Below, piece by piece: positions 36,971-50,100 of a DNA stretch of 64,000 nt. The notes beneath the pieces are model-generated. The model worked only from the letters and a program-made list of their open reading frames with translations, ran no database searches and had not been told where the DNA came from. Each line of letters opens with the position of its first letter. Within the stretch, counting starts at the first letter, position 1. Made by a program: the position numbers and the translations under genes. This DNA comes from Neoechinorhynchus agilis (Eukaryota; Animalia; Acanthocephala), in the NCBI GenBank assembly GCA_051530055.1, contig CM121341.1, forward strand, positions 14,920,784 to 14,984,783, written 5' to 3'.

Positions 36971-37182
36971 GACACTCCCTAGAAAACTGGGTAAGAAAAT
37001 CCTTGAGATAAAATCCTTGTCGGGGTCTTGTCGCAAGCATGTCAACAGCGAAAATGCTAGAATTTGTTGTGCAGCATGTTAAGAGTATGAATATTATTAT
37101 CGAAGTGTATGGTAGCCAACGATCTTCATGGGAAAATTTATCCTGAATATATTTGAGTTGACGTACCTGTTTTCAACCAATT

Positions 37183-37511
37183 TTACTCTTCCATGGAGTA
37201 GCCGCTCGGTTCATCTGGTGGGCTATTGGAATTTTGCTTAATTTGCCTTACGATTTTATCCATATTGATCAGAGACACGCTTAAGAATATCAAAACGATT
37301 CCAATGTAGGATAAATAATGATCATGGAGACCGAAGAAGATGACCTGAAAAATAAACGAGAAAACGATTTCGACTCCTCTTAGCAAAGAAAAATATCCAG
37401 CGCTTATTCGTTTTAATGCGGTGTTCAGGAATATTTGTGCAAGAAAGGCCAGGCAACTCGCCAGAACTAGATATCCGCCATCCGATCCAGTTAAAATCGA
37501 CAAGTCTCCGT
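37183..37511 (-). CDS. Last exon of an EamA/DMT (SLC35G-like) transporter
   Basis: LASCLAFLAQIFLNTALKRISAGYFSLLRGVEIVFSFIFQVIFF matches the SLC35G C-terminal pattern. Acceptor ataag| at 37512; frame intact. Confidence 0.7.
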
Positions 37512-37564
37512 CTTATATCGAAAACCGAGTAAAAATTGAGACATGTCGATATTACAACGATATT

Positions 37565-37800
37565 TTCCTTGGAGCGCTTGGCAGCTCGGCATTCACTCTG
37601 CTCCAGGATCTCTCGAAGAAATTGAGGGAAACGACCGGCGACGCGAGGGCATGTGTATTCCTACGACAAAATTTCTCGCTCGCAGTACAACGAGGCAATG
37701 CTGCTAGCGTGATAGCGACAGCCGAGGAAGGAGAGAAGCTAAGATTTTGCGGACGGTGGTGATTGTACGTTTTATGCTTTATTATTTGTATAAAAAACTA
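37565..37800 (+). mobile_element. CRE-like 3' fragment, second subfamily
   Basis: LGALGSSAFTLLQDLSKKLRETTGDARACVFLRQNFSLAVQRGNAASVIAT. Confidence 0.85.
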
Positions 37801-38628
37801 ATAATAATTATGGACGAGTTGCAATATTCGGTTGAAAGTGATCATAAAATTGTAAGTGTTTCATGAAATTGTAAAATCTCATATTATTGCCAAGCGAATT
37901 TAAGAGTTATGTATTTTTTGCATTAGCTAATGTATTTGTCGTCTTCACAAATACAATTTGTTCTTCTTTTGAATGCGCAAATCTATCATTTCAGCACAGA
38001 ATGATTATGCATGCCGAATCGAATTGGTAAATGTGTTGCGGAATAAGAAAGATTTTTTCTATTGTGATTCTAAGATGTTTTGTTAAAAATATTATTGACC
38101 TTGAAATTCACAAACGAGTTGCGGCTTCTTACTTTAGCATAAATACGTTTATTATAAGTGCAATTCAAGATTTCCACAAAGATAGATATCACTTTAATCA
38201 ACATTAATGGAATTTAAATTCAAAAATAAAAAAGTCATCTTTGGTATACAAGGAGCGCGCATATTTTACTAACAATAAGAGTACTCAAATACCTAATCAA
38301 TTTATAGTTTCAACGATAGTTGTGCGTTAAAGACGTTAATTCTAGAGGTCAATCAATGGACGCTGATGAGCCTCAATATCAAGAAATGAATACCTTGAAT
38401 TGCCCTATATAAATTCTCAGTATTATTTTAACTATTGCAAACCGTCTGCTGAGGCAAACATTACGAGCAGTCTTGGCGAATAAACAATAAGGTTGAATCA
38501 CATTACGATGAGGTACAATATGTAATTAAGATATCCGGTTTTCGTTTGGTAGCTTCGCCACCCAGGATTTAAGTTTACTAATTTATTACCGATATTTCGC
38601 CGGATAATTCCGACATTATCACTGTTTG

Positions 38629-39700
38629 TCATTGCTTGTAAGTTTTCAAATCCGTAGATAATAATCCAAGACGAGATATTTGGCTTGATTTTATTCGATT
38701 ATTCATGATTACCATTATAAGTGCTTCATTCAGGCCAGACAGTAGCTTTTCGATGTTTTGGCGAAAACCTTCTAGATCTTTGGAACTAAAAGGAATTATG
38801 GAAGCGATGGGAAAACAATGAAATCACACTTTATCATGAAATATATTGAGTTCATCTTGTTCGGCAAAATGCATAATTTTACAAACTCAATTATATTCAA
38901 TTATTAAATTGATACGGATGTGCGTATTTAATAATTATATGTTAAAATAGCGCATCTTTAACAAGTATCCAGCAGACGATGAGTTTTTTCCTTTTGTATT
39001 AGATATATTTGCTATAAAGGCTTTGATTTAACACGACAACACTTCTAATTAAGTAATTCTATTTCCCGAAGACTATTCTTTTTAGGAATATTTTTATCTT
39101 CAATATCGAATATAGCTTTACAAGGTTTTAGTTGCATTCACATGCAAATTTTAATTATTAATATCATGTACTTGATTAATTGACAGTTTTGACGTTGTAT
39201 ATGATTCCGCAATGCTTAAGCACTGGTCATAGCAATCAACCTTATCAAAGAACTCATCATAGAGATTCCGATATCGATTTTCTAAATTTTCGATTACTGA
39301 TGTTAGATGTTGAATTTCCTCTTCCTGGTCCTTGATCAAAGTTTTCATGCTTTTAAACTTTTCCTTTAACGAATTATAAGCAGTAAAATCGCAACTCTCA
39401 GGACCCATTAAATCCAAAGCAGATTCCTCAATTAAATAAATTCCACTTTCCTTGCTGCCAGTCTCATTTTTTTCGGTGTCCCCTGACACAAGTTTCGGCA
39501 ACCGACTAAAAATTCTTCGCAGATTCATCAATACGAGCTTTGGGGCTTTCGAATGCTTTCTTTGACTTATACGACAATAGATGCTGCAATTTTGGATTCC
39601 ATGGAAACCAATTGTTGGTTAGTAATCTGTAACCACTTGCATTGTTTCCTTTGCATCTTGGCAGAACAAGGCTGCATGTTTGTCAGTTTGCTCATCCATG
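38629..39700 (-). CDS. Orphan coiled-coil protein, probably 3 exons
   Basis: 126-aa heptad-rich ORF (LKEKFKSMKTLIKDQEEEIQHLTSVIENLENRY), a downstream frame PKDLEGFRQNIEKLL...TYKQ* ending at 38629, and an upstream intron with a tactaac branch point. Confidence 0.45.
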
Positions 39701-39784
39701 AAAATTATCCTTTTACGGCTTTTAATGGAGCAGTGCTCTGAAAAACATTCAAGCGACAGTGGTTGTTAAATTTTGACCTTCAGA

Positions 39785-41870
39785 TCTTCTTCTTGCTCTT
39801 TAGCCTTTGTCCCGCACAATGGCGGGGTCGGCTCTTATCGATCTAGCCTTCCATTTCCTTCTGTCATGTGCCATATCCGGGTGCAGGCCTGCAGCCTTGA
39901 AGTTCTGGTGTAAGCCGCCTAGCCGTATTTTCCCTGGTCGTCCTTTAGGCGTCTTCCTCTGACTTGGATTTCAAGACTCAGGACATGTCCCTACCATCGT
40001 AGACGCGCTTCCTGCAGTTTGTTTTGTATCGGCGTTGCTCCATACTTCGTCTTCAAGCCTTGATTTCGGATATGATCACGCAGAGTAAGCCCACTTATCC
40101 ACTTCAGCATCCTCATCTCCATGACTGATAGGCGCTACTCTATAGCTTTGGCCATCGGTCAGCATTCAGCGCCATACATTGCTACAGGTCGGATAACAGT
40201 CCTGTAGATCTTCGACTTTAGGCTGTCTTTTATTCTGCAATCGCAAAGTATACTGGTTGTAGATCGCCATTTAGTCCTCCAGGCAGCGCTTATTCTTGAT
40301 GACACTTCGTATTGTAAATCGCCTTCAACTGCGATGAATGATCCGAAGTATTTGAACCTGTCGGTGCTCTTCGGTGCGGTGTTATCTACCTGGATGGACT
40401 GATTCTTATCAGACGCCATATATTCAGTTTTGTTCAGGTTTAATCGTAATCTGAAACTCGCAAGACGGTCACTCCATGCCTGCACTAAGACCCGCAGATC
40501 CGTCTGATTATCCGTCGCTAGGAGTACATCATCGGCGTAGAGGATCGTATATGGCATCGGTCGCTGAATGTCGCGAGATATTGTGTCCATTACCAAAATT
40601 AATAGCAGCGGTGATAGTGCGCTTCCTTGGTGGAAACCTACTGATATATCGAAAGGCGCTGAGATTCCTGCTGAACATCTAACACTGCTTCTTGGCTCAT
40701 ATTAGAAAAGTTTGACCCACTACACAAGTATTTCAGGTATCCAGTGTTGTCGCAGCGCGTAGTAGGTCTTTCTTTTTCTCGCGATACTTTTCGCTCGGGC
40801 ATCATGTATTGCGTATGTTGTTCCACATCCCCTGACGAATCCCCTTTGGTTGGTCGTTGTGCACTATTTCACGAATTCGCCGATCGACTATGTGTTCGAA
40901 TATCTTCATTGTATGCGATAATAGCCGCATTGGACGATAATTGCGGCATTCGGTTAGGCTGTTCTTGTTTTTGAAGATTGGTATGGTGGTACTCTGCCGC
41001 CAATCGGTGGCATTCTGTTTTCGTCGACGATATTATTAAATAGTGCCGCTAGCCATGACGTAGGGTTCCAGCATCTTGCCTTCCACATCTCAACCGGAAT
41101 ATCCTCTGGTTCTGCTGCTTTCCCGCATTTCGTCCCTTTGATTGCCTTTTGTACTTATCCATCGCGGGTATCGGGCCGTACGTCTTAGGGAAATCGGGGA
41201 TCGGTGGGTGAGGAAACTCTTCTGTCGACAACTGATGGAAATATTCATGCCGTCCTTTCAGTATTGTCGTACGTTCAGTAATCAGATTACCGTGTTGTTC
41301 GTTCATACGATATAACTCTTCAATGTCCACGGTCCGAACGTGGCGACATTTGACAAGCCTGTATAGTCTCGCTCCCCCTCTCGCGAATCCAATTTCCTAC
41401 TCACCATTTCATAATGTCTTGCACGAGCAATAGCTACAGTTTTCGTCGATTCCCGTTTGGCGGATCGATAGGCTTCCCAATTCACCTCCGTTTTGTTTTC
41501 AGGAACAAGTGATAAAGGCGCTTCTTTTCTCTGACCTTCTCTTTCACATCCTCTGTCCACAACCACACATCGCGCTTTATATATCGTTTTTCAAGTTTTG
41601 TAGTTCCCAGCTTTTTGATGACCGATTTGTGGAAAGAGTACTTGGCTTCGTTCCACGTTTGATCACTTGTAACACAGCAAGGCAATGTTATCTGGGAAGT
41701 GATTTTTTTAGATTTTTCGTGAAAGAGCAACCATTTTATGTGGGATGGACCTGTCCTTTTCTCGTGCATTCGCCTGAGCGATGCTGTGTTGCGATCGTTT
41801 CGTATGGGATTACTTTGGCGTCGCCCCAAATTTTGACTTTCAGTGTCCAAAACATAATTGAAATTTAGCC
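39785..41870 (-). mobile_element. 5'-truncated, degenerate RTE-clade LINE
   Basis: ILYADDVLL, YFGSFI, KSKIYRTVIRPVAMYGAEC. The 3' end reads gccgaccccgcc...gggacaaaggc followed by a (GAA)n tail at ~39785. Confidence 0.93.
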
Positions 41871-42572
41871 AGTCGACTTACTAAGAAAAAAATGTACACA
41901 AATTTATTTCATACCTCAAAGCACAATCTTATGTAAGAAATCGGTAAAAAGGAATAAATTAAATACACTAACGATCGTTCGGTGATTAATGTAAAAATGC
42001 CCTTACAGAACTTCATATCGATAAATGTCGTTAAATCATGTGGATAATTTAAATATTCGCACTTGTAGATATAAAATAGTAGAGATACTGCACATCTTCG
42101 AATTTAATTTCAGAACACAGACAAGAATTACAGGTGAATTTTGATTCTATCGTTCAGCATTGAGCATAAAATCGATTAAAACCAACAATCAGATACAAAG
42201 ACAAAGATTGCTGGTCAGTAAAATGGGTCAAGAGTATGTTTCAGAGTGTAATAAAATTCCAAAACGGTAGATTTCGAACGTTATCGACGGAAAGATTGCT
42301 GCCTTAACAAATCAACACTTACGATTGCGGAAACCGCTAAGTGAGATAATCACTCTTGTGAACCTTCGAACAACTCTGCTCAAGTTTGAACAGAAACCTC
42401 CTTGTTAACTGCTTACCTTACATAATGCGATTTTGTTTATATCAACAAACGTTCATTTCAAAGTCTCCAACATTGAGCAAAGATTATACTTGTTTGCTCT
42501 ACAGTAATTTCCGATGGTTTCGAGCTCAGTCGGAATGCAAATAGCGTAAAATTAGGGAGCGCACTCGTCTTT

Positions 42573-43599
42573 TTGTTATTGATGAACTTGACTGTTGATG
42601 AACCAGCACGACAATCTTCGATGCCTACATGGTATTCGCTTGTTCCTGTTATGCTAGCACTCAAGAACGTCATTGGGTTGATTTTCGTGCGATACACAAA
42701 ACTCAAGTGGACGCAGCTCTACTTTCTCAAAATGCCCGCAGTTATTTGTGCTTTGATTTTCGAGCTCATCTTATCAATTCCAATATGTACGATCGAATCA
42801 TGGCGTACTGGGATGTTTAAATGTTTACTAATTCGGTTTCTAAGAACGACGGTGGACGCTACAGTGGCCATTTTATACTTTTTTGCATTTTGCATTCATG
42901 GAAACAATCTTTTTGTACCAAATAGTAAAGAGGACGCAGCATCTTTCCTCTTAATCTGTCAAGTAAAATTTTTTGTGGTGGCCATAAGCATCCGATGCGT
43001 GTTTGATGCCCGCTTAAATGTTCATTATTGGTTTAAATCGAATGGGTTCTATTGTATAAGGAACTATCATATAGAACCTATCGAATATTCTTTTAAATGG
43101 ATTTACAGCAATCGCAACTTCTGAACTCTGCGCTCTAAAAAGGACCCAAGGTAATCCGATTATTGCACCGGGATTTACTCTAATATCGGTTATTTGTGAT
43201 TGTGTATTCGCTGAACTCCTTGAATTGTTCGTTGAGAAGTTTACGGCGAAATATATTGGAGTTGGATTTCTTTATCGATTGTTGAACGTATACGTGTATC
43301 TTTCAGTTTCATTGGGATTGAGAATTATCGTAAGCGACTTTGGTTTCGCACATGGATCCGGATTAAAGCGCTCATATGGGTACATAATGTTCGTCACAAC
43401 GATCGGCGCACCGATAGCTTCTTTGGCTTTGAAGTCGCATTCAAAGAAAATAGCGATACAGAAACTCCTAAATGCACTTTCAGTCGCTCTTACCGGACTG
43501 CTGGCATTTTCCTTATTGGAAATTCCGAGAGACGATTCAAGTTTGAGATTGATACACTTTATCCACTCAATTTCGGCCACGGTAGCTCGAAAGTTGTAA
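42573..43599 (+). CDS. Divergent SLC35A-like nucleotide-sugar transporter (one intron or frameshift near 43020-43074)
   Basis: YSLVPVMLALKNVIGLIFVRYT, SFLLICQVKFFVVAISIRCVFDARL, GFTLISVICDCVFAELLELFVEKF and VTTIGAPIASLALK...LLNALSVALTGLLAFSLL fall in the expected SLC35A order. Confidence 0.6.
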
Positions 43600-44449
43600 G
43601 GAGCTTTTAAATGAAAGGATAGATCGCTTTCTAATACAAGTCTAGTTTTTAGAATCTGAAATACAATTTCATTAATTTATGATTAAATGAAAAATGTTTC
43701 GATGCTTGTAGTGCGTTTTAATTGCATTCACATAAAATGCGTTTTATGAATTAGTGACTTCTTTGGTGATTGATGAGAAAAACTAGGCACAATACATTAA
43801 GCGCTTTACAGTTTTTTAGTTGTTCCTTTTATCTCATAATGCCGTAATCTCATTACAAAGATTTTATCGTTTCATAAGTCAATATCATCTTTTGCTTAAT
43901 TGTAGCAGACTTCTGATTTATCAAGAAAACGTCGCTTAAGTCCCTTGCCTACAACAAAAAAAGATTTTTGAAACTTTTGAAACAATTAAATGCGCAGATA
44001 TCTGTTGCGATAAAAAGATGACCGTCAAGAAATGAAACGCTTAGTTTATTTTAACCCTGAAATTAACAATTTTTAATCCGAACGATCTCGATACTTCACA
44101 GCGTAATTTTTCAATAATTGCTTGAAAAGGTGAATGAGGGCTATAACGGTTGGAAATGACCGTTTCGATTTAACTTCAGAACGCCAATACAATATCAACA
44201 AAAAGGATCATGATTGCAAGCTTTATTGCGAAGAATTTCAGCAAGTCTTCCCTTAAACTTTAATCAAAATTAGTTTGTTCAAACCATAAGAAAATTTAAA
44301 TAGCGCAAAGAAATTTATTATATAAGGTTCGAATGATGTTATTCTCCAGAATCGATAATCCTGGTTTCATTCCACTCTGAATTTCCCCACTCGGTCTATA
44401 TCAGACAGTTGTAGGCGCTGACGAATTTCCGCTACGCAGTATCTGAATC

Positions 44450-45540
44450 TTGAAACACGGAGTTTGCTGGCTCAATTTGGCACAGCGTTTTTTTAAATGA
44501 TGTTGCACTCGATTTCTGAAGAACTTGTGTACTCAATAATACATTCAATCGAGAAAGGCAACTGGGATACTTTTGATCACTCGTTTAAAGATATTATCGG
44601 CAATATACAGTCTATTTGGAAAAGCCCATTGAAGAAGTTAATCTTAGAACTGCTGGTCACAATGAGCTTCGATGAAAACCTAAGATCGCATTTATGGACC
44701 AATGAATTGCTTGAACATATCTTCGCACAGCACCACGTTGCTACCTATTCAATAATCTACAATTTGTCCTTGTGCTCAAACGCAGTTTATAATTCTACGT
44801 TCAATAGCTGCTTAATACGAGACGCGTTTGCAGATAATCGTTTGACGGCTTCGTTATTGAACGTAGTCATCAGGGAAAAAACTATGCGATCTGAACTGAG
44901 AAAAAATACTGAATTTGTAAATGGAGTGTTCAAATCGATCGGGAAAGGAAACGGAGTTTCGTGCCGATTACTGATTGAACTTACAAAGGAAAATCTTGAT
45001 GACATTGACTTATGTCCCTTGATCGAAATCATGCTATCGTCCAAAAAATATCGTTTTCAGATCAGTGAGACTGTCTGTTTAATTCTTGAACGTCCATCTG
45101 CTTCGCTGGCTCACACTCTGGTCTACAAAGTTAAAGATATAATATGTGAAGATTGTTTACTTCCTGACGACATTCTAATGTGTTTATATTCGATTTTATC
45201 AACTTTCACCAAAGATGAATCGATTCGATCACGGTTATGCGGCGATAATCGTCTAGTGAACGCTGTCTTTTATTCCCTTCTGGATTCCAAGAATAAACAA
45301 CTAGTGTGCCAATCGGTATTTCTTATTTATTCGCTCCAAGTCTATAAAATTAAACATAAGAGTATGTCGAGCTTTCTTATAAATGAAACACTAGAACCTG
45401 GTTTGACGGTTTCCGCTCAAGCGATAATTGAAGATATTGTTGATTATGTTGCAAGAGTTGACAGTGATTTTAAACAGCGGTTGATATTCCAGAAATTTAA
45501 GAAAAGCAATAGAGAATGGCTCAGCGTGATTGGTGAATAA
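44450..45540 (+). CDS. KIFAP3/KAP3: Divergent, N-terminally truncated kinesin-associated protein 3 (ARM repeats)
   Basis: LLVTMSFDENLR ~ LLNLSFDTGLR; PDDILMCLYSILSTFTKDES ~ [33 protein letters not shown] ~ EFVCQIIYVFYQM; C-terminal DIVDYVARVDSDFKQRLIFQKFKKSNREWLSVI ~ [33 protein letters not shown]. The main ORF is 44497-45540 and intronless. Confidence 0.7.
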
Positions 45541-46059
45541 CTTCAAAGATAAAAAAACCGTTTTAGTTGAATTGAGACCTTGAAATTGAATCTGCTTGTA
45601 ATATTATTTTTCCATATCCAGGTTGAATTTCGTAACGACCCAGAATAATGCAAGCTTTCTGTAGCTTTCGAAGGAAACATCATAAGACTGGTGTAACACA
45701 AATTCACGTATTCAAAATTTACAAGCAACCTTGATAAAGGCACAAGATTGGGCCGAAATATCGGATTTAAAATTAAATTATTTCTATTTATCCGCCAGAA
45801 AAAAACTAATATGAATAATTCAATCCCCAAACACTTAACAGCTTAGCAATATCGTGACATTCATATTCGAAAACTTAGTTTCACGCTGAGTTTTTGTGAT
45901 TCTCTGTTTAATTGTGCATCATTATTGTCGAATTATTATGATAGGTCATTAATACACCATTGAATTTTTGGATACGGGCTAGAAATGGTATATCGTTCAA
46001 ATTTGGTGCCAATCACAACTCCATGAATTTCTTCGTGCTCAACAAAATAAGTTTCCAAT

Positions 46060-48478
46060 TAAGCTCAGGGAGACCTGATGCCGGTCCAAAGCCTGAATAA
46101 ATGGGAAAGGTTGGCGACATGAAAGGCATCCGGCCGTAAAACTTGCTTCAAATTCAAAACCATCATACGTAGTACCAAATAAATAACAACAATTTGACTA
46201 GGGCGTCCCCTTCATGCGACGAGCAGAAGATCCACTCGGCATTTGTGAAAAAGTTAACAAATTAACGAAAAACTATGTGAGGACGATGACAGGCAAGTTA
46301 ATGGAAGTAGTGAGCATGATGAAAACAAGACGAACTGCAATTCTAAGCTTGCAGGAACTGCGATGGAGAGGATCGAAGGCTCGAAAATTAGGGGAATGTT
46401 TTAAATTATATTATAGTGGATCAGGCAATGGTAGAAACTAGGTGGGCATTGTATTAGATGAGAAATACAAAGATACAGTGTTGGAAATTAAGATTCACTG
46501 ATAGAATAATGCGATGAGAATGGATCTTGGTGATCAGGGCTTGAGGATTATTTCTTGCTACGCTCCGCAGGTTGGCCGTCCTCAACAAGAGAACGATGAA
46601 TTGTGGAATGGACTTGATGAAGCCATAAGAATTGTTAAGGACGATAGACTCATGGTTTGTGGCGACTTCAAGGGACCATATCGGGCAGAACAATCAAGCT
46701 TGCGAAGATGTCCACGGCGAAATGAGTACCGGGACACAAAATGACGAAGGTAAAAGAATTACCGGGTTCGCGTTTGCTAACAAACTAAGGATCGCGAACA
46801 CCTTTTTTGATAAGGAAGATCGACATCTTGCAACTTATACCTCCGGAGGAAGGCGTACACAGATTGACTTTATTCTTTACCTGTATGAGAAATGGAACGA
46901 AGTCCGAAACACAAAGATCGTATTAGGAGAATCATGTACCACCGACCATCAGCTTTTGTGCATCGATTTCCAGATGAAAGTCGTAAAAAAAGAAGATCAA
47001 AATATACAATGCCACGGATGTTGGGAACAGGTTTAAAAATGCTGTATCTCAAAATATGGTCCAAGTCATTGTGGACACAAATGATTAATAGCAAGAAACT
47101 GCGAACATCCTCCGCAAAGCTTAGGCGTAACCCCAGGTAAGATAAAACAACATGGAAAGGAAACATGGTGATGGTGGAATGAGGCAGTCCAGAAAGCGAT
47201 AGCTGTAAAAAAGGAAGCTAGAAGGCAGATGATATCGGATAATTGCGAGCAAACTAGGCAGAGGTACACATCAGCCAAAAAAGCCGTGTCTATCTCAAAA
47301 GGTGAAGCGGATTGGGTATGCTATTCTTAAATGCACAATAACAATGATTCGCCCTTTATGCTGAAGGTCGCAAAGATTAAGGATCGAAAATCCAAAGACA
47401 TCACGAAGGTACATCTGATAAAGAGCATGGAAGGGATTGTGCTGAACGAGGATGATGACATCAAAGTGCGTTGGAAAGAATATTTCAGTGAGCTTCATAA
47501 TACTGAGAATCGTAAGAAACCATCGAAAAAGGAAACTCCCAAAGAAGAATTGGTGATGGAAATCTCAGGTGAAGAAGTCAAGTTAGCGTTGGACCAGACA
47601 AGATTCCAGTGGAAGCTTGGAAAATGTTGGGCGATATGAATATCCAACTATTGAAAAAGCTCTTTAGACAAATTATGCGGACGGGACGAATACACCGGAC
47701 GAGCGGAGACAAAGTATGTACAGATAATCAGGGATATGTACGAAGGAAGCTAAACATACATCCGAACGCCTATTGACGACATCGATGCTTTCCTAGGTCA
47801 GCGCGTACCTGTTTGTACTTGTACTCGACGAGATAACCAGCAGCGTTAGCCAAGGGCCTCCTTGAAATATGATGTTCGCCAACGACATCGTTCTGTGTGG
47901 CTTTTCCTGTAAACAACTCAAGGAGGATCTCGAGAAATGGAAAGGGTCGCTCGAAGACAATGGCATGAGAATTTGAAGAGAAAAAGACAGTTTATGTGGG
48001 TTCAGATGCTGTCAATCCTTAGAGAGGAGCACCAAACCGTCAAGATCACTTTCGCTATTTGGGTTCCATAGTAAACCCCGCGAGCGATATGAGTGATGAG
48101 ATAACGGCTCGGATTCAAAGCGAGTGGTCGAAATGGAAGAGCCTAACTAGCGTAATTTGCGACAGTCGAGTCCCATTAGCGCTCAAGTGACATATTTGCA
48201 AAGTCGCGATAAATCCCGCTTCACTCTACGGAGCCTAAACTTCGAACGCGACGAACCTGCAGATCAAGCGTCTCGAAACGACGGAAATGCGTAAGGCGAC
48301 ATGGTTTGCGAACAGCATTCAAGATTAAATGAGCGATTAAAAGGACAAGACCCGAACGAACTAGAGCGAATAGTCTCAAGCATAGAGATAGCAGGAGTTC
48401 GAAGGCGAGAAAGGCGTTTGAAGGATTGGATGTGATGGTGACCTAGCGACTCCGAATGGGGACAGGCTTAAAGAAAGT
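46060..48478 (+). mobile_element. End-to-end but internally deleted, degenerate RTE-clade LINE
   Basis: 5'UTR ...ggcatccggccgtaaaac; APE endonuclease (ILSLQELRWRGSKARKLG, VCGDF, QIDFIL, TDHQLL); RT remnants (MFANDIVL); 3' gcgactccgaatggggacaggcttaaagaaag. Confidence 0.92.
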
Positions 48479-48589
48479 GTGCATGTCAGTTATATTTAAA
48501 GAATATTTCCAAACTGCATTTATGAACTGGCTATCTCAATAAACTAGCCCCCAAAGAGGAAACCAAGGTCATGAACCAAGTTTACTGTG

Positions 48590-50100
48590 TGAGGAGGGTC
48601 ACTAGGATATAAATGGTTGCCATGAAAATATACCACGGAGTAATGGAGGCTCAAGCTGCGTATTATTCCTTTGCGATTTGCTTAAGATAATAAAATGATA
48701 GTGGGTATAAATCGATTTCTAGCGCTATCAATGCAACAAAACAAGCTAAACTGTCGAAGATTGTAACCGTGCCGTCTTGCCACTACTTCTTAATATTTTC
48801 ATAAGCGAACTTAAGCCACTCTCGTCTCACTCTGCCGACGATCTCATCACTCAATCACCACCCCACCTCTCCCTCTCCTTAACATCTAACGAAATCAACC
48901 ACATCAAAGATTTCTGCACCAATCACAGTCTAGCTAAACTTCTCTAAATGCTTCGAAATGATTTTCTCAATCTCCCGCGACCCCATATACACATCCAGCG
49001 AGTCATCTCCCACTCAGAATTCTGGGTCTTTAATTTCATTCAAATCTGAAATGGGGCTCCTTTCCCTCAAACGTAATACTTTTAAAATTTACCTCCTCAA
49101 ACGCCTGCACAGCTTCATTTTACCCGCCAAATCACAATTCCGTCGCCTTGAGATAAAATTTGCATAGTTGATTTTCCCCCATCACCGAATGCCTTCCTCC
49201 TATATCTCGCACCTCCCTATATCTACGCTCCTTTTTCCATACTGTCCAATCTTTTTGGATATCATAACCTGAAATGAACCTGAGGAAAAACCAACCCATT
49301 AAGCTCTTCTGCAAACAATAACCACCAATCCCTACCAGAACAGACATAACAAGACCTGATATTCCCATCCGAACGGACTTCCCTTGACCTCACCAAATAC
49401 GTATTCCATAGTTTCACACAAATATTGGTTATCGCTCAAATAACGTATACCCCATCTTCATCAAAAACAGCGCCACAAAGAGCACCCAAAGGTACATAGG
49501 CCCAATTCTCGTTATCTAATAAAAAATGAACGTTTAATTATAATGCCATTATCCGGATAAAATCGACGTGAAATTTATGACGATTTCGGACTCGAATTTT
49601 CACCCATAAAAACCGCGAAACAATCTATACTCATTAAAATAATTATTACTATTTCAATGAATTTGAACTGCATGGCCATTGCAATTATCAGCACGCCGAA
49701 CAACCAAAGGGATTCCAAATCTTGGCTGTTCCATTCCATGCCGCTCTTCGTGAAGCTTGTGTTCACAAAATTCTATCATCAATCTCCAACTGGAAGTTGG
49801 AACAGTAATTGTCGCTACAGCAACGCAGGGCATGATTCCTTGTTCATTGTAGATCACAACTGCACTTGCAACGGCGATGGAAAATTGAAGAGCGAAAATT
49901 CCTATTATCTGGAATTTCTGGAACTTCCAATGTTTCACAAGAATACCTGTTTTTATGCTCGATAGAACTATAACAAGGATCATTGGGAGATGTAAAAACT
50001 TTAATATGTTTTTGTGAGCTGCCAATTGCTGATCGAGATGTGTCGATTGCCTGAATTCAGCTGAATCGTCGACGAATAGGAATGTGATCACTAACGAAAC
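48590..50100 (-). pseudogene. EamA/SLC35G-like pseudogene, 5' and middle parts, split by a CR1-like fragment
   Basis: 49600-50000 reads ILVKH..FQIIGIF..LQF..VVIYNEQGIMP, VATITV..LHEE, then after a frameshift WNSQD..LFGVLII. 48600-48790 reads SLACFVALIA..YLKQIAK / SLHYSVVYF with stops and frameshifts. Confidence 0.55.
48820..49400 (+). mobile_element. Degenerate CR1/L2-like 3' fragment
   Basis: C/T-rich. Remnants KCFEMIFS..., LRILGL..., KRNTFKIYLLKRL are collinear with the end of the 52-55 kb element. Confidence 0.7.

Noticed and set aside
48600-48700. In-frame TAA/TGA within EamA-like sequence (and TAG-TAG at ~24.8 kb) as evidence of a variant genetic code
   Set aside because: Intact genes here terminate at TAA (actin), TAG (CLASP) and TGA (20543 ORF), and the same region also has frameshifts, so decay explains it.
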